From positions 349,494,001-349,558,000 of the forward strand of contig OZ024743.1 of assembly GCA_964016885.1 (NCBI GenBank): a stretch of 64,000 nt of DNA. The letters are read 5' to 3'. This document shows positions 15,104 to 30,161 of the stretch, one piece after another. The position numbers were made by a program, and so were the translations under genes. The notes under the pieces were generated by a model. The model saw only the letters and a list, made by a program, of their open reading frames with translations, made no database searches and had not been told where the DNA came from. The stretch is from Eledone cirrhosa (taxonomy: Eukaryota). The first letter of the stretch is position 1. Every line of letters starts with the position of its first letter.

Positions 15104-15882
15104 CACGTACATGAATACATAAATATATACATATACATTCTAAAGCCATGTGGGTGATTTTTGTCAATAGTTTCTCTTTGTGTAGTGGTAGATGATTGAG
15201 AAATATGTATGCGATTTTCGTTGGTACATATGTGTGTGCTTGTGTAGCAGTGAAGGATGAGCGCATGCACGCACGTGTGTGTGTGTGGAGTTTATATTTG
15301 TGAGTATGTGTGTGACTGAGTATACGTGCGATTTTGATAAGTATGATGATTGAGGTTTTATCAATTGTATTCGTAGTGGCAGCAGATCTATTTGTGGCAA
15401 TGATGATAATAGATATTAACATAAATGCTTGTGGTGTATTTCCTGAGTAGCTTTGGCTGTAGCTGTTTAATCACAGCTCAAATCCTGGTGTTCAAAGTCA
15501 TTCTCAACCGTGTTCAAATCGTTTATTGACCTGGCTTGTGATTGTAATGGTAGTAGCGTAAATGGTGGTGGTTTTACTTGTGTTAATCGTGTTAGATATG
15601 ATGTTGATGATAATAGCGCTAGTGAGAGGTATAAACTTATGTTGTTCTAGGGATATTTCTGTTGAAAGTTATGCAGGCAGTGTTGATGGTGGTGTTGATA
15701 AAGAGAAGAGTGTCTTGTTGGCTTTGTGGGTGATAATGGTGGTGATAATGTGTTGAAGGAAATGTCGGTACATATCAGCTGATGTAAACAGGGGTGAAGC
15801 TAGTGTTGACAGAGGTATGATTGGTATTGTTGCAGCTGGTAATAATGATGATGATGCAAGTAGTAGTAGCAGCAAAAGCAGC

Positions 15883-15962
<80 letters not shown>

Positions 15963-15974
15963 CAGCAGCAGTAT

Positions 15975-16037
<63 letters not shown>

Positions 16038-16041
16038 CAAC

Positions 16042-16093
<52 letters not shown>

Positions 16094-16905
16094 AAAGAGG
16101 TTCCATCAAAGATGTTCCATTCTGTAGCACACCAGTCAACTAGTTCTTATTTTGTATTGCTTTTGTTTTGTTTTTTGTGTGCCTGGATCTACATTGTGCA
16201 GTAAGACCAATCTTTTTCAAAACTCTAGCGTGGTATTAGTGCGTAATTGGCTGCTATTGTCTGCAGTGTTGAGTGTCTATGCAAGGCCATGTGTTCATTT
16301 ATGTATGAGACATTGATGTTAGTAGTATTTGTGGTATATATGATAATATCTGTGTTAAGATATTTAGCCCCGTATCTACCCTGATTAAATACATCTGCAG
16401 TCAAATGTATGCAAGCCACAAGCAATTACTTTGCATAACGTGTATTATTTCCTTTCTTAAGACCATAAGGCGTGGTTGGCAGAGTCGTTAGAATTGCGAA
16501 TAAATTCTTCTCGGAATGTTTTCAGGCTCTTTGTGTTCTGAGCGTTCATATGCCGCTGATATGAACTTCAATAATTTCATTCTCTCTCACTCTATCTCTC
16601 TCTCACTCTCTCTCTCCCCTCACAATCTCTCTCTCTCTCTCTCCCACTCTCCCCTCACAATCTCTCTCTCTCCTCTCACAATCTCTCTCTCTCTCTCTCT
16701 CTCCTCCACTCTCCTCCCTCTCTGCCTCTTTCCCTATTCGTCTCTATCCCTCACTCGGTCTCTCTGTATGTCTGTCTTTCTCACATCTATATCAGTTGCG
16801 ATTTCCTGTACTCACAATATTCAAAATACATTCGACAACAAATTTCATTCCATCACAGTGGAATAATGTGGTCGCCACGACTCTGACCAGCATACAGTAC
16901 ATGAT

Positions 16906-17092
16906 AATAATTGTTTCTACTTTAGGCACAAGGCCAGCAATTACCCAGTGCATTATTGGTACTTTATTTTATCGACCCCGTAAGGATGAAAGGCAAAGTC
17001 AACCTCGGGGGGATTTGAACTCAGATCGTAAAGGGACGTAACTATGCTGGAAAGCATGGCGTCCGACCCTCTACCGATACTGCCAATCCACC
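16906..17092 (-). mobile_element. tRNA-derived SINE
   Basis: Reverse complement of the 13197-13390 family. Confidence 0.9.
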
Positions 17093-18959
17093 GTGTGGTT
17101 GTGGGTTGAGGAAAATTTAGCGCTATTTTTATTAAGTCCAGCAAATATACAGAAATTACCTCGCTTAGTCTTAGATTTAGGGAAAGGAAGTGTTGCGTGG
17201 GCCATCCTTGAGAGTAGAATTAAAAGCTTTGGTTTGCCATTTCCATCAACAACTTTAGCACCATCAATGACGTGTGTAGAGATGTAAAAGATGGATTCTC
17301 TTATGTAACGGTGTAATCGTTTTTTTTGTTTTTTTTTAAGTGACACTGTATCGGTAGTGCTAATAGTATATCCATGTTATCATGTAGTAGTCGTGGTCCA
17401 GACCCAATGCCTGATCATCAAAGCTTCCTGTCATCAGCTGTAGCTTCTTGTCCTCTCATAAATCAGGAATTATGGTACATAACGCTTCCTTTCTATTTTA
17501 GGGGGTGATGTGAGCCAGATCTGCCTTTTATATTTAGCAGATCGAGCAGCCACGTAACTGCTTGTAATTTCGTACATTCGCATACTGACATTTAACCTCA
17601 GACAACACCTAATTTCAAAAGCTTTCCAGCTGTCATCATCCTGCTTTTTATATTAAGGATTATATTTCAAATGTGTCTTAAATTGTTTACGATGGTATGG
17701 TATGATTTGACTAAAGTAGTTGTAGGTGCTATATCTTGCAGTTCTAGGAAATGAGCAGCGAGTTTTCCCCTGTTGATTGCATCCTTGTTTGTGTCGTTTC
17801 TTTTATCACCTGAAATAGTTTCTGTTGAGAAAATGGTAGGGGTTGTTTTTGTTATCACAGTATTTGTATTCGTGGTGGTTATATTAGTGTTGGAGGTGGC
17901 GATGGTGGTCGTCGACATAGTTTTGTTAGCGGTTGCCGTGGTAAGTAGTGCAGTTTGAAGGGGCAGATTTGTTCGGTGATAAAAGTGGTGTTTGTGTTGT
18001 TAGAGTGGTGATTATGTTCATGGTGATAGTAGTGATTTTGGTGACGGTTGTGATGTGGATTGTGATGTTTATTGTGCTGGTGGAAATTGTGGTCGCGTTA
18101 GTAAGGACAGTGGTGGTGGTATTGTAGCCGGTGTTAATAGTGGTATTTTTAGTGGTTTGTGGTTGTATGGGCTGTGGTGGTTGTGATGATTGCAGCGGTA
18201 GCAGCTAAACTGGCTGCTGTTAACGGTGGTTGTAGTGGTGGTAATTGCACTTAAGGTGGTAGTTGAGGTGTTTGTTTTGGTAGTGACGGTGGTGATGGAG
18301 ATTATGCAGTTTCAGAAGATGGTGGTGGCGTTAGTGGTTGCTGTGGTGCTTGTGATTGTAGTTGTGAAAGCTGGCATAATGCAGGTGGAGGAGTTACTGC
18401 TTGTTATTGTAATTGTAGTGAAAGTAAAATGTTGTGATAATGGTGGTAGTGGTTGTACAATGTGTGTGTTGATGGTGTGAAGGCGGAGACATCGGCTGCG
18501 GTGAGATGGAGGTAATAATTGTGATGATGGTGGTGCTGGTGGTGGTGTTGGAAATGATGGTGATAGCGGTGGTGACTCTGCTGGCATGTTGATGGTGATG
18601 GGGGTTGGGAACTGGTGACGGCTATGTTTGTGGCGATGGTGATGGTTGTAATGTTGGTGAAGATGGTGATGATGGTGACAGGGGTGGCAACGTTAATGAT
18701 AATGATGATAGTAGTGGTTCTGCTGTTGTTGTTGTTTTTTAGTAGTGTTGGAAAAGTATGAAGTGGGTGGAGTGTGATTGTTTCGGTAAATGGAGAAGTG
18801 AGCAATCACCAGAGCGGAATAGTTGTGGAACAGCTTCATACGGCAGTTATGTATTGAGGAATCTGTGTGAAAGGAAGAGAGATATCTTTCGAACGAATAA
18901 TTGTGTATAATTATGGGTTGGGTCTCATATTGATGGCTAAATGCTAGATATTATTACGA

Positions 18960-19332
18960 ATTGGCAGTATCGGTAGAGGGTCGGACGCCATGCTTTCTAG
19001 CATAGTTACGTCCCTTTACAGTCTGAGTCCAAATACCGCCGAGGTTAACTTTGCCTTTCATCCTTACGGGGTCGATAAAATAAAGTACCAGTAATGTACT
19101 AGGTAATTTGCTGGCCTTGTGCCTAACGTAGAAACAATTATTACGAATTGGCAGTATCGGTAGAGGGTCGGACGCCATGCTTTGACGCATAGAGTTACGG
19201 CCATTGCTATTCTGAGTTCAAATCCCGCCGAGGTTAACGTTGCCTTTCATCCTTACGGGGTCGATAAAATAAAGTACCAGTAATGCACTGGGGTAATAGT
19301 TGGCCTTTTGCCAAAAGTAGAAACAATTATTA
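18960..19332 (+). mobile_element. Two tandem tRNA-derived SINEs
   Basis: Two family copies joined by attattacgaattggc. Confidence 0.9.
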
Positions 19333-19617
19333 CGTTATTATTGGGACAAAATAACTGGGTATGCAAGTGGAGGGGTGTGAGGAGGATACATGGTGCTAGT
19401 GACATCAGCATTTATACTGTGGTAGATTGACAGAAGACGGATATATAATTCTACCGTGATAAAAGGTGTATATCTGGTGGAAGGATGTGTAGAAACAAAG
19501 AATGTGCAATGGGGGGGGGGGGGGGAGATGAGATTGATACAAAATAAGAGCGAATCAGAAGGAAAGTATGACACTTGGAATAAAAGAGAAGACTGGAGAG
19601 TAAGAGACAGTTGAGAG

Positions 19618-19687
<70 letters not shown>

Positions 19688-19908
19688 ATATATATAGTGT
19701 GTGTGTGTGTGTGCGTATGTATGTATGTATGTATGTATGTATGTATGTATGTATGTATGTATGTATGTATGTATGTATGTATGCATTTTCAAGTTGCTGG
19801 CTGGACTAAAAAGTCTCACTCGTTCAGCACATCGGTAGGGGTTCTCCTACATGGACATAAAGTAGTGGCCGTACTCGAAAACGAGTTGGCAGCCACCATG
19901 TATGTATA

Positions 19909-19974
<66 letters not shown>

Positions 19975-20071
19975 GCTGTGGGATTCTTAAAGCGTCAGTA
20001 TGCGGTAGGCCGTTTGAGCACTCGTTGCTCTTACAGAGCAGAGTATAATATCACATGATATTATATATGTG

Positions 20072-20142
<71 letters not shown>

Positions 20143-20158
20143 GAGAGAGAGAGAGAGA

Positions 20159-20231
<73 letters not shown>

Positions 20232-20467
20232 GTGTTTGTGTACGTGTGTGTATCTTCTCACACATATAGACTCACTGTTCTGATTTTAATGATTTATACC
20301 CTTATGTTTATAATTCATTATGTTTAAATGTAATTCATCGTTTCTTATCGCGTGCAGAGTGAATTATATGTGCATATGCCTATCTAGGTGTCTAAGTAGA
20401 TATACACACATAAAAATATATTCATACGGTATATATATATATATACAGATTCAACACATACACCCAC

Positions 20468-20498
<31 letters not shown>

Positions 20499-21634
20499 TG
20501 TATGTATGTATGTATGTATGTATGTATGTATGTGTGTATGTATGTATGTGTGTATGTATGTATGTATGCATATATCGATTTAAACACATATAGGGTGCAC
20601 GGACGCTGTAGTTTTAAGACACCGTGTCACATACAATATATCAGTTTAACAGATTAGTTCAATAAATGATGATATTGCGCTACAAAAGTCATTCTAACAT
20701 GGCCGACTGAGTGACTACGTCTGTCAATAGGTAGATATATATCCAAGGAGAGTAGCTTCTTCCGAGAGACAATCAAAATAGATAAATTTTGAATCCTCTG
20801 CTCAATAAAGAAGGATGGAGAGAAAAATGAAAGTAACGAAGAAAGAAAGAATGAAATAAGGAAAGACAGAAATAAAGAAAGAGTTATCAAGAGGAATGTG
20901 TCAAGGCCAGCCAACATGTTGGTGTCAGCATTGACCAATTAACTGCTGTTCGTGTCAGTTGTTAAATGACTCCTATAATAATTTTTGATTGTTTGTGAGA
21001 TGAGCGGAAGTGTGAGCGAACGTAATGCTATAGTATATGTATTTCCATATTTCTTTATTCTGAGTTCAATTTCCAATCGAAGTTTCTTACTCTATTGATA
21101 TCTCGATGTTGAATAACATCTAGCTCTTGCTGTTGTTATTTTTGTTGGGGTTATACTGTTGTTGTTACTGTTGTTGTCGTTGATTTTGAAGCTCTATTGT
21201 TTTTCTTCTTTTACTTATGGCGGCCGAATTCATTCTCCGAATGATCAAACATGTTCCAACCATGCTCATTCTACGTGTTTAAAGGTATCTTGAAAACATC
21301 ACTGTCTACGATATCCTGCCTTATTTTCATATTTTATAAACTATCTCTACAAAAGATAGGATTAAAAGCGTTCCAGAGATGACCATACACTTTTTGTAGG
21401 ATGCATATAACATTCAATGATCACTACCATCCTTAATAGAAAAAAAGGTCTCAATGTATAAAACACCAGTAATATAATAAAGCTCAGTTAATCCGAGATA
21501 TTCATTGAATTTGATAAAAAATATATAAAAATGTAAATGCTCTCGCATCAACTCAACAGCTTCATGAGTTGATCATGTTTGATCATTTGAAGCTGTACAG
21601 GATTAAGCTGACATATAATTATACATGCATATGC

Positions 21635-21702
<68 letters not shown>

Positions 21703-21709
<7 letters not shown>

Positions 21710-23276
21710 TAAAAGGAATTCCAACTTTGTCTGATTTACTCGTTTTATTTACAATCCTTTAAAATTATAATGGTATTAGAATGAAATAGTAAGGTAGAAT
21801 ATTAAATATTAAGTGTTAATTGATCAAGTATTTTCATGCTTTCGCAATCTTCAGGTTCATATGCTGTGGTGACAGTCAAGTTAGCAATTTTCAACTGTAA
21901 TAAGATGGGTCAATGTTGTGCCTTATATACAGTGAAAAGCGGCTACAGAATGCTACGTTTTGCAAACAGTATTTCGACGAATCGGTGTGTAGTTTCACTG
22001 GATTACTAAAGCTGATTGGTTTAGGTGTCACGTTTGGTTGAGCATGTCTAACGACTTATATTTGACCAAAGCATCAATTGCTTTGCTATTTTTTAGAAAT
22101 GATGAAAATAGCATTTTCTAGGGTTTTTATAAAAAGTCTTCAGTAATCATCACCATCAACATCACTTTTATTATTATTATTGTTAATGTTGTTGTTGTTA
22201 GTGGTGGTAGTCGACATGCTAGTAGGCGTAGTCATAGTAGAAGTAATACCACTAAGCATTATTATTGTTCATTTAGCTTGGGTTGGGATTTATCAATAAC
22301 ATTTTTTTCTTTAATTTTTCTCTTGATTTTACTTGGGCTGTGTAGTTTGTAGAATGGAAATATTATAAATATTTTCTGACCACATGTTGCTAGATGGTTA
22401 CTCAGGGGTATCTGACGGACATTTGGGTCTCTGATTTGCTGTCGGTGCACCCGCGCACGTTCCGATAGTGCATTTCCAGTTTGATCGACATATAGTTCTT
22501 CACAATTCGGGCATTTAATGCAGTAAATTAGATTTCTGCTTTTGCAGTTCATATTTGCATTTGGGAATATTTTTCCAGTGTTTGTGTTCATATATTGACC
22601 AGTGTGTATGGATTGACATGTGCCACATCTACTATCATTGCATTTAGATACAGTGAATGATTGTTTTTTGTTGTTAAGGTCAAACTTTGCCTTTGTTAGT
22701 AATTGCTTCAAATTTTTCGTCTGTCTTTTACTAAGATTCAAAGATCGGTCTGTGATTAAGCCTTTTAATTCATTACTTTGAGCAATGATCGGTAGGTTTG
22801 CTTTGGCAGTGTTGAAGATATTCTGGTGACATGGGTTGTATGTCATTATAAATGGTATGACCAGTTATTGGTTTCTTCTTCCTTGGGTTGTCCTAAGTTG
22901 TTGTATAGGTATTTGTATAGCCCGCTGTATGCCATTTTCTATAAGTAGAGATGGGTATTTTTGTTTGAGCAAATTCTCTCATTTCTGTTAGGCGTTTGTT
23001 CCTGGTATTCGTATCTCTGGCACGAAACTTAGCATTCTGTAGCGGCTTTTCACTGTATATAAGGCACAAAATTTACCCATCTCATTACAATTGAAAATTG
23101 CAAACTTGACTGTCACCATAGAATAGGAAACTGAATATTGCGAAAGCATGAGCGTACTTGTAACACTTAACATTTAATATTGTACCATACTATTTCATTC
23201 TAATACCATTATAATTGTAAAGGATTGTAAATAAAACGAGTAAATCAGACAAAGTTAGAATTCATTTTATTAATAT
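21703..23276 (-). mobile_element. 5'-truncated Penelope-like element with inverted pseudo-LTR
   Basis: GIY-YIG ORF remnant. 21703-21962 is the inverted copy of ~23025-23276. Flanked by (TA)n. HHR-like CTGAAGA-ttgcgaaagcat-GAAA at ~21832-21854 (-). Confidence 0.88.
22262..22846 (-). pseudogene. PLE C-terminal linker and GIY-YIG endonuclease fragment
   Basis: YNP...KCNDSRCGTC...NCKSRNLIYCIKCPNCEELYVDQT...RARVH, a Penelope/Neptune-type endonuclease with Cys-rich linker. YIG is degenerate (YVD). Confidence 0.88.
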
Positions 23277-23304
23277 AATCTTCTATACACAATCATACAC
23301 AGCC

Positions 23305-23395
<91 letters not shown>

Positions 23396-23471
23396 TATCC
23401 CGAGTTCAATCGGGGGTTACCAAAGTAAGGTACTCAATACATAGCAGAGTATAAATATCAATATGGAAATG

Positions 23472-23576
23472 GTTTCTACGGAACAAGAACTGTTTCATTC
23501 GGGAGAAATCATCAAGAAACATTAGGGCTTGCTGATGATTTCTCCCGAATGAAAGATTTCTAATCCTGTAGAAGCC
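23472..23576. ncRNA. Back-to-back inverted pair of hammerheads
   Basis: Minus 23472-23520: gtttc-TTGATGA-tttctcccgaat-GAAA-...-TA-gaaac. Plus 23526-23576: ggcttg-CTGATGA-tttctcccgaat-GAAA-...-TA-gaagcc. Confidence 0.68.
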
Positions 23577-23584
23577 ATTTCTAT

Positions 23585-23630
<46 letters not shown>

Positions 23631-23670
23631 TACAAATATTAATAAAATAGATGTTCTTTTGATCAATTAA

Positions 23671-23723
23671 ATTTTATTATACATATTTCAGAGGTACAAC
23701 AGTACGTCCTCATCAGACAAAAT
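23671..23723 (-). ncRNA. Minimal hammerhead ribozyme (canonical core)
   Basis: attttgt-CTGATGA-ggacgtactgttgtacctct-GAAA-tatgta-TA-ataaaat, on a ~125-bp island between (TA)n tracts. Confidence 0.8.
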
Positions 23724-23745
23724 ATAATGATATATGACATACCTC

Positions 23746-24451
<706 letters not shown>

Positions 24452-24584
24452 TGCAAAAGTTTTATTTAAAATTGTTGGGATACAACAAGTAAATATTTTA
24501 TAACTGATATAAAGCACTCGACAAGTTTTTGGAGTAGATATACGATATTAAATAAATGGAAACTATATTTATAAAACCATATTT

Positions 24585-24647
24585 ATTTCATTATACATAT
24601 TTCAGGGATACCAAATTAAAATATGGCATGCCTTCTTCAGATAAAAT
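24585..24647 (-). ncRNA. Hammerhead ribozyme (core CUGAAGA)
   Basis: attttat-CTGAAGA-aggcatgcca...tggtatccct-GAAA-tatgta-TA-atgaaat. Confidence 0.8.
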
Positions 24648-24935
24648 ACAATATATAAACAGTTTTATAAATAATTTTGACGTACCCTATTAGAAGCGAC
24701 CATTAATTGTGGAAGCTGTCTGGATAGTGAGATGTTTATAATTATTTTATTAGTTATAGTGTTAAGCACAGTTAGAAAAAAGACGGAGAGAAAGAAAAAA
24801 AAGAAAAAAAACTGTGCTTAACACTATAACTAATAAAATAATTATAAACATCTCACTATCCAGACAGCTTCCAAAAATAATGCTCGCTTCTAATAGTGTA
24901 CGTCAAAATTATTTATAAAACTGTTTATATATTGT

Positions 24936-24998
24936 ATTTTATCTGACGAAGGCATGCCATATTTTAATTTGGTATCCCTGAAATATGTATAATGAAAT
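24936..24998 (+). ncRNA. Hammerhead ribozyme (core CUGACGA)
   Basis: Mirror copy of 24585-24647, differing only at core position 7. Confidence 0.8.
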
Positions 24999-25063
24999 AA
25001 ATATGGTTTTATAAATATAGTTTCCATTTATTTAATATTGTATATATATATATATATATATAT

Positions 25064-25303
25064 AGGCACAAGGCCAGCAATTATTGGTACTTTATTTTAT
25101 CGACCCCATTATATATAATTGTTTCTACTTTAGGCACAAGGCCAGCAATTATCCAGTGTATTACTGGTACTTTATTTTATCGACCCCGTAAGGATGAAAG
25201 GCAAAGTCAACCTCGGCGGGATTTAAACTCAGATCGTAAAGGGAGTAACTATGCTGCAAAGCATGGCGTCCGACCCTCTACCGATACTGCCAATCCACCG
25301 CCC
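25064..25303 (-). mobile_element. tRNA-derived SINE plus partial tail copy
   Basis: Family match. A further truncated copy lies at 25728-25866 (-). Confidence 0.85.
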
Positions 25304-25335
25304 TCGTTATATATAATGATTTATATATATATGTG

Positions 25336-25377
<42 letters not shown>

Positions 25378-25383
25378 TGTGTC

Positions 25384-25448
<65 letters not shown>

Positions 25449-26498
25449 GTGCGCGCGCGTGTGTGTGTGTGTGTGCAAATAGAGAGAAATAAAGAAGGCG
25501 AGAGAGAAACACGTACAAAGTTGGTGCATATGGGTAGAAAGTGATTGTCTAAAGTTGAGTGAGTATGCCACAATAACTAGACCTATAGCAAAGTATTAAG
25601 CCAATTAACATGGCCCATAATAGAATATGCTGTCCGTTAAAGCCACATATCAAATTAGAGATATGGAGATGTCCGTCGTTTCCGGAGAACAATATTTAAG
25701 TTAACGTTACACCCGTACACATAATAATAACTGTTTCTACATTTGGGACAAGGCCAGCAATTATCCCAATGTATTAATGGTACTTTATTTTATCGACCCC
25801 GTAAGGATGAAGGGCAAAGTTAACCTCAGCTAGATTTGAACTCAAAGGGCCGTAACTTTATGCTGTAAAAATAATAATAGTATGTCATATCTCCTTGGTC
25901 TCGTTGACAAAGTATTCATAATATTTTAAAACAAATATGATTAAATACACATATATCCACACATTGTATATATACACATGGCATATACACACACATTTAC
26001 ACATATACGAAGAGTCATCTTATGCACACTCGCAGTCATATAAACACGTGAATATGCCACTGATGTGTGCATTCATTCACATATACAGTAACATATCACA
26101 TATACACAAAATGATTCTCACATTCTCTAACAAATAACACGCATTCCTTCATTTCATCTTACACTAAACCTGTTTAAATACGCCGTTTACAAATGGTCTA
26201 GTTATACACACACATACATTAAATTGTTAATACATGCAGCATACGTATGCCATATGCATAATAGACACGTAATTTCACTACACACTTTGTTAAATAACAA
26301 TAAATATATAACATCATCATCATCATCATTATAACCACCAGCAACAACAAAAAACAACAATAGCAATAAATCCACCTCCATCGCCATGATCAACATCAAT
26401 GCTTCTATCACTTCTACCATTTGATTATTTTCATAAAGGAAATTGGAAGTCTGCTCATACAGGATTCATACGAATAAAAGCTGTTTTTAGACAAATTT

Positions 26499-26560
<62 letters not shown>

Positions 26561-26582
26561 TATATATATATTTGAGTGTGTG

Positions 26583-26614
<32 letters not shown>

Positions 26615-27178
26615 CGTGTGTGTATATAATATAAATATATGTGTGTGTGTGTGTGTCGATAATCTATTTTATATACACCCATATATAATATGGCTACGAG
26701 TAACGCCCATCAAATTAAAACTTATGAAGGCGAATTTCTTTTCAACGAGTTTAAACACACATAAAAGGAATATTTTTCTGCAAAATATATACACTCTAGA
26801 GATAGAAAATATTGACATTTCTATCAAGAATAATACTCACGAGAGAAGTCCTGGAGATGAAATTGACACAAACAACAACAATAAAACGTAATCACCAGTA
26901 CACACATTTTGTTAAATAAAAGTAACGAGAGAAGTTCAGACAGGCATATATTATCATTTAGAAGAAATAATGACTTTATGGAAAAATAACTGCTTTTCTA
27001 GCCGAAACTATCCGAGACGCAAGATCCAAGAAAGTGGATCGTTCTGTCAATGGCTAAAACCACATCTATCCTGTTTATGCTTCCCAAAGAACAATGCGAG
27101 GAGGCCATCAGAGATATATGGAGTGAGATCTCAGAGTTCAGATGAAGGAAAACATATGACATTATAAGTATTAGTTAG

Positions 27179-27370
27179 AGGGCGGTGGATTGGCAGTATC
27201 TGTAGAGGGTCGCACGCCATGCTTTGCAGCAAAGAATTACGGCCCTTGATGATCTGAGTTTAAATCCCGCCGAGGTTAATTTGCCTTTCATCCTTACGGG
27301 GTCGATAAAATAAAGTACCTGTAATACATTGGGATAATTGCTGGAATTCTACCAAAAGTAGAAACAATTA
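27179..27370 (+). mobile_element. tRNA-derived SINE with TSD attataagtattagtta
   Basis: Family match with flanking direct repeats. Confidence 0.9.
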
Positions 27371-28599
27371 TAAGTATTAGTTAAATATAGAGATAATGTC
27401 TGATTTTCAAATAAAAGGACAAAAAAAATGCCTGATATTTCAAAGTAATAATTATTGTTTTTCATTCAGAAAAGCAATTTAGATATCGCTAAGATTTGAA
27501 CTCGGAACTCGGGAACGTATCTAAATGTGATACACGTTTGCCGTAACATCACTGCAACACCCATGCTTTTAATTGTATATTAATGATAAAATATACATTA
27601 TTTCTTTCTAATATCGTATTAAATTAAAAGTATGTTGAATTAAATAGTTCTTGCCTCATGTTACCCTGTCCAAATACCATTTTCAACTTTTAAAGTTATT
27701 TTCACTTCCTCATCCGAAAAGCAAAAGACTCCAATGATAAAGTAGAGACGAGAGAAATGTTCTATAATGAATGCCTTCTTTACGAAAATAAATATAAAAT
27801 AGGAAGCTTTGTGCCTCTTAGGAAGAAAGATTGTAATATTTCAATAAAAGTAATATGACCGATTCAACAAACGTACATACCAAAAGAAAGGAGGGCAAAG
27901 GTGATACATAAACCTCAGATAATACAAGGATAGATCTTTGATAAAATTTCTTAAACAACGTGGGTGGAATATGTTAGCGAATAAGTGTAAAGTTTCGTTT
28001 CATCATTTCTGTTTTTTTTTAATCTTTTCTTACACTTAAATGCTTCTCTTCCTCTCGATATCCTACGTTTATACTCTCTTGGTCCTCACTCCTACACTCC
28101 TACATTTATGAATTTATCTATTTCTGTATATCACGCTCTCCTTCTACCCCTGTCACTATAGTGCTCACTTCTGTCTATGCGTGCCTTTATCAAGCACATG
28201 TTTAAATGAATATATGTGTATATAAACCATAGTACAAACACACACACACACACATTCACTCATACACGCACGCACACATAGACACACATGCATATATATG
28301 GAGTTCAAGAATAATGAAACGAACGCAAAGATGCAAAAATACAAAGTTTAATAAGTTTCACGCTTGGAAAGAAGTTAAATAAATATGTCAGCGTATTGGA
28401 TGTTAATTCGTCGTCGGTAAAGAGCAAAGCTCGGAGGGGGAAGATGTTAGAAAAACTGAGGTTGAAGAGTTGAGATAAAAACATTGCTGAGGAGAGGAGG
28501 CAAGTATTCCGGTGTGTGTAGGTGGGGACCGAACTGGAAAACTGAGTTGAAGCATTGGGACCTTTACCTGTGCGCAGATAAAGAGCATTTCGTCGGTGT

Positions 28600-28790
28600 A
28601 CATGTTGTTGATGTTGTTGAAGAATTAAAAGGGTTACCTCCCTCACTAACAAACCTTACACTTTTCAGAACTCCTCTCACTAATCTACCAATATCTGGCT
28701 GTGATCTACTTATTCAATTCTAACACCTTCACCTGATATATCCAATAAAGTACAGATTGCCAATAAGAAACTAATTTTCATGCTAAAGGC
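28600..28790 (+). mobile_element. Possible CR1-type LINE C-terminal remnant
   Basis: KGLPPSLTNLTLFRTPLTNL resembles CR1/L2 ORF2 ends. Weak evidence. Confidence 0.3.
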
Positions 28791-29106
28791 ATTCGGGTCA
28801 TCATTCTTCGTGGGTATCTGAACAATTAAACCCGTTTCTGTCTGCTAGTACTGTATATGAAACTGATTTAATGGCTGACGGTCCATGTAGTGCTTTTCAC
28901 AGATATATATCCTACATTACGCATTGAGTGCTTTCTCTCTGTACACCCACACACAAACACAGACACGTGTATATATATATAATTATATATACATGTGTGT
29001 GTGTATGTGAGCATGTGTTTATGTGTGTGTGTATATGAATATATGTATATATGTATTTTGCATGAATAAGTATGTACTTATATATGTATTTATGTATTTA
29101 TGTATG

Positions 29107-29137
<31 letters not shown>

Positions 29138-29784
29138 GGATGGATTGATTAATGGGTTAATGTATGTAAAAAAGCTTCAAGCACAGGCATCGTTTAATAT
29201 GTGACTTTTTTTGCGATGCATGGTATAACTGGCCATATGCAAGACCCTAGTAGAATTATAAAGCCACATCCGTGATCCTCATGCTTAACTACAAAACGAT
29301 GTATGTGTGTATGTGCGTATGTATGTATGTTTGAATGAATTTATGTCTGTAAATTGTAAAGAATAGACTAAAATATATTTGCTGCCAAATAACCAAAATT
29401 TAATTGTTTATAGATTCCGTTGATATGAACGAAAGATATGAGAGTTTCAAACGCTACTGTGGTTTTGTCTGATAATAAACACAAACTCTAAATAGAGAGT
29501 AGCGTGAGAATGTCCGTTATCCCGTTGTCTCATTTATATACAAAATCAGTGTTTCAGAGAGGCAAGTGAAAAATGGCTGAAATTAATAGTATACGGCAAT
29601 AATTGTTGTTTATATTATTATTATTATTATTATTATTGTTTCCTTTCCTATTTTTTTTCTTCTTGCAGGTGTTATTTTTGTTGTTGTTGTTGCTGCTGCT
29701 GTATTACTGTATGTTTAATTATATTTAGATTTTTACTTAGATTTTTGTTTTTCTACTGATATATACACACGCACACACACACAT

Positions 29785-29876
<92 letters not shown>

Positions 29877-30055
29877 TGTTATCTCCCACGTTTGTTGATT
29901 TTATATACGAAGAAATATATAGCCACACACAGAGAGATGTATATATGTGTGTGTATGTTTATGCATTTACATGTACATAAGATACGTACATACCCACATA
30001 CATACACACACATGTATATATATATATACATATATACACACACACAGACAGACCT

Positions 30056-30161
<106 letters not shown>

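Larger units (their letters stand above)
24453..25045. mobile_element. Fold-back HHR element, family A
   Basis: ~230-bp near-perfect inverted arms around a purine-rich spacer at ~24775-24810, flanked by (TA)n. Confidence 0.85.

Noticed and set aside
17780-18780. GT-rich ORF-like region (also the C/A-rich 400-1170 region)
   Set aside because: Decayed trinucleotide (GGT/GAT) or CA-rich low-complexity sequence with no coding signature.
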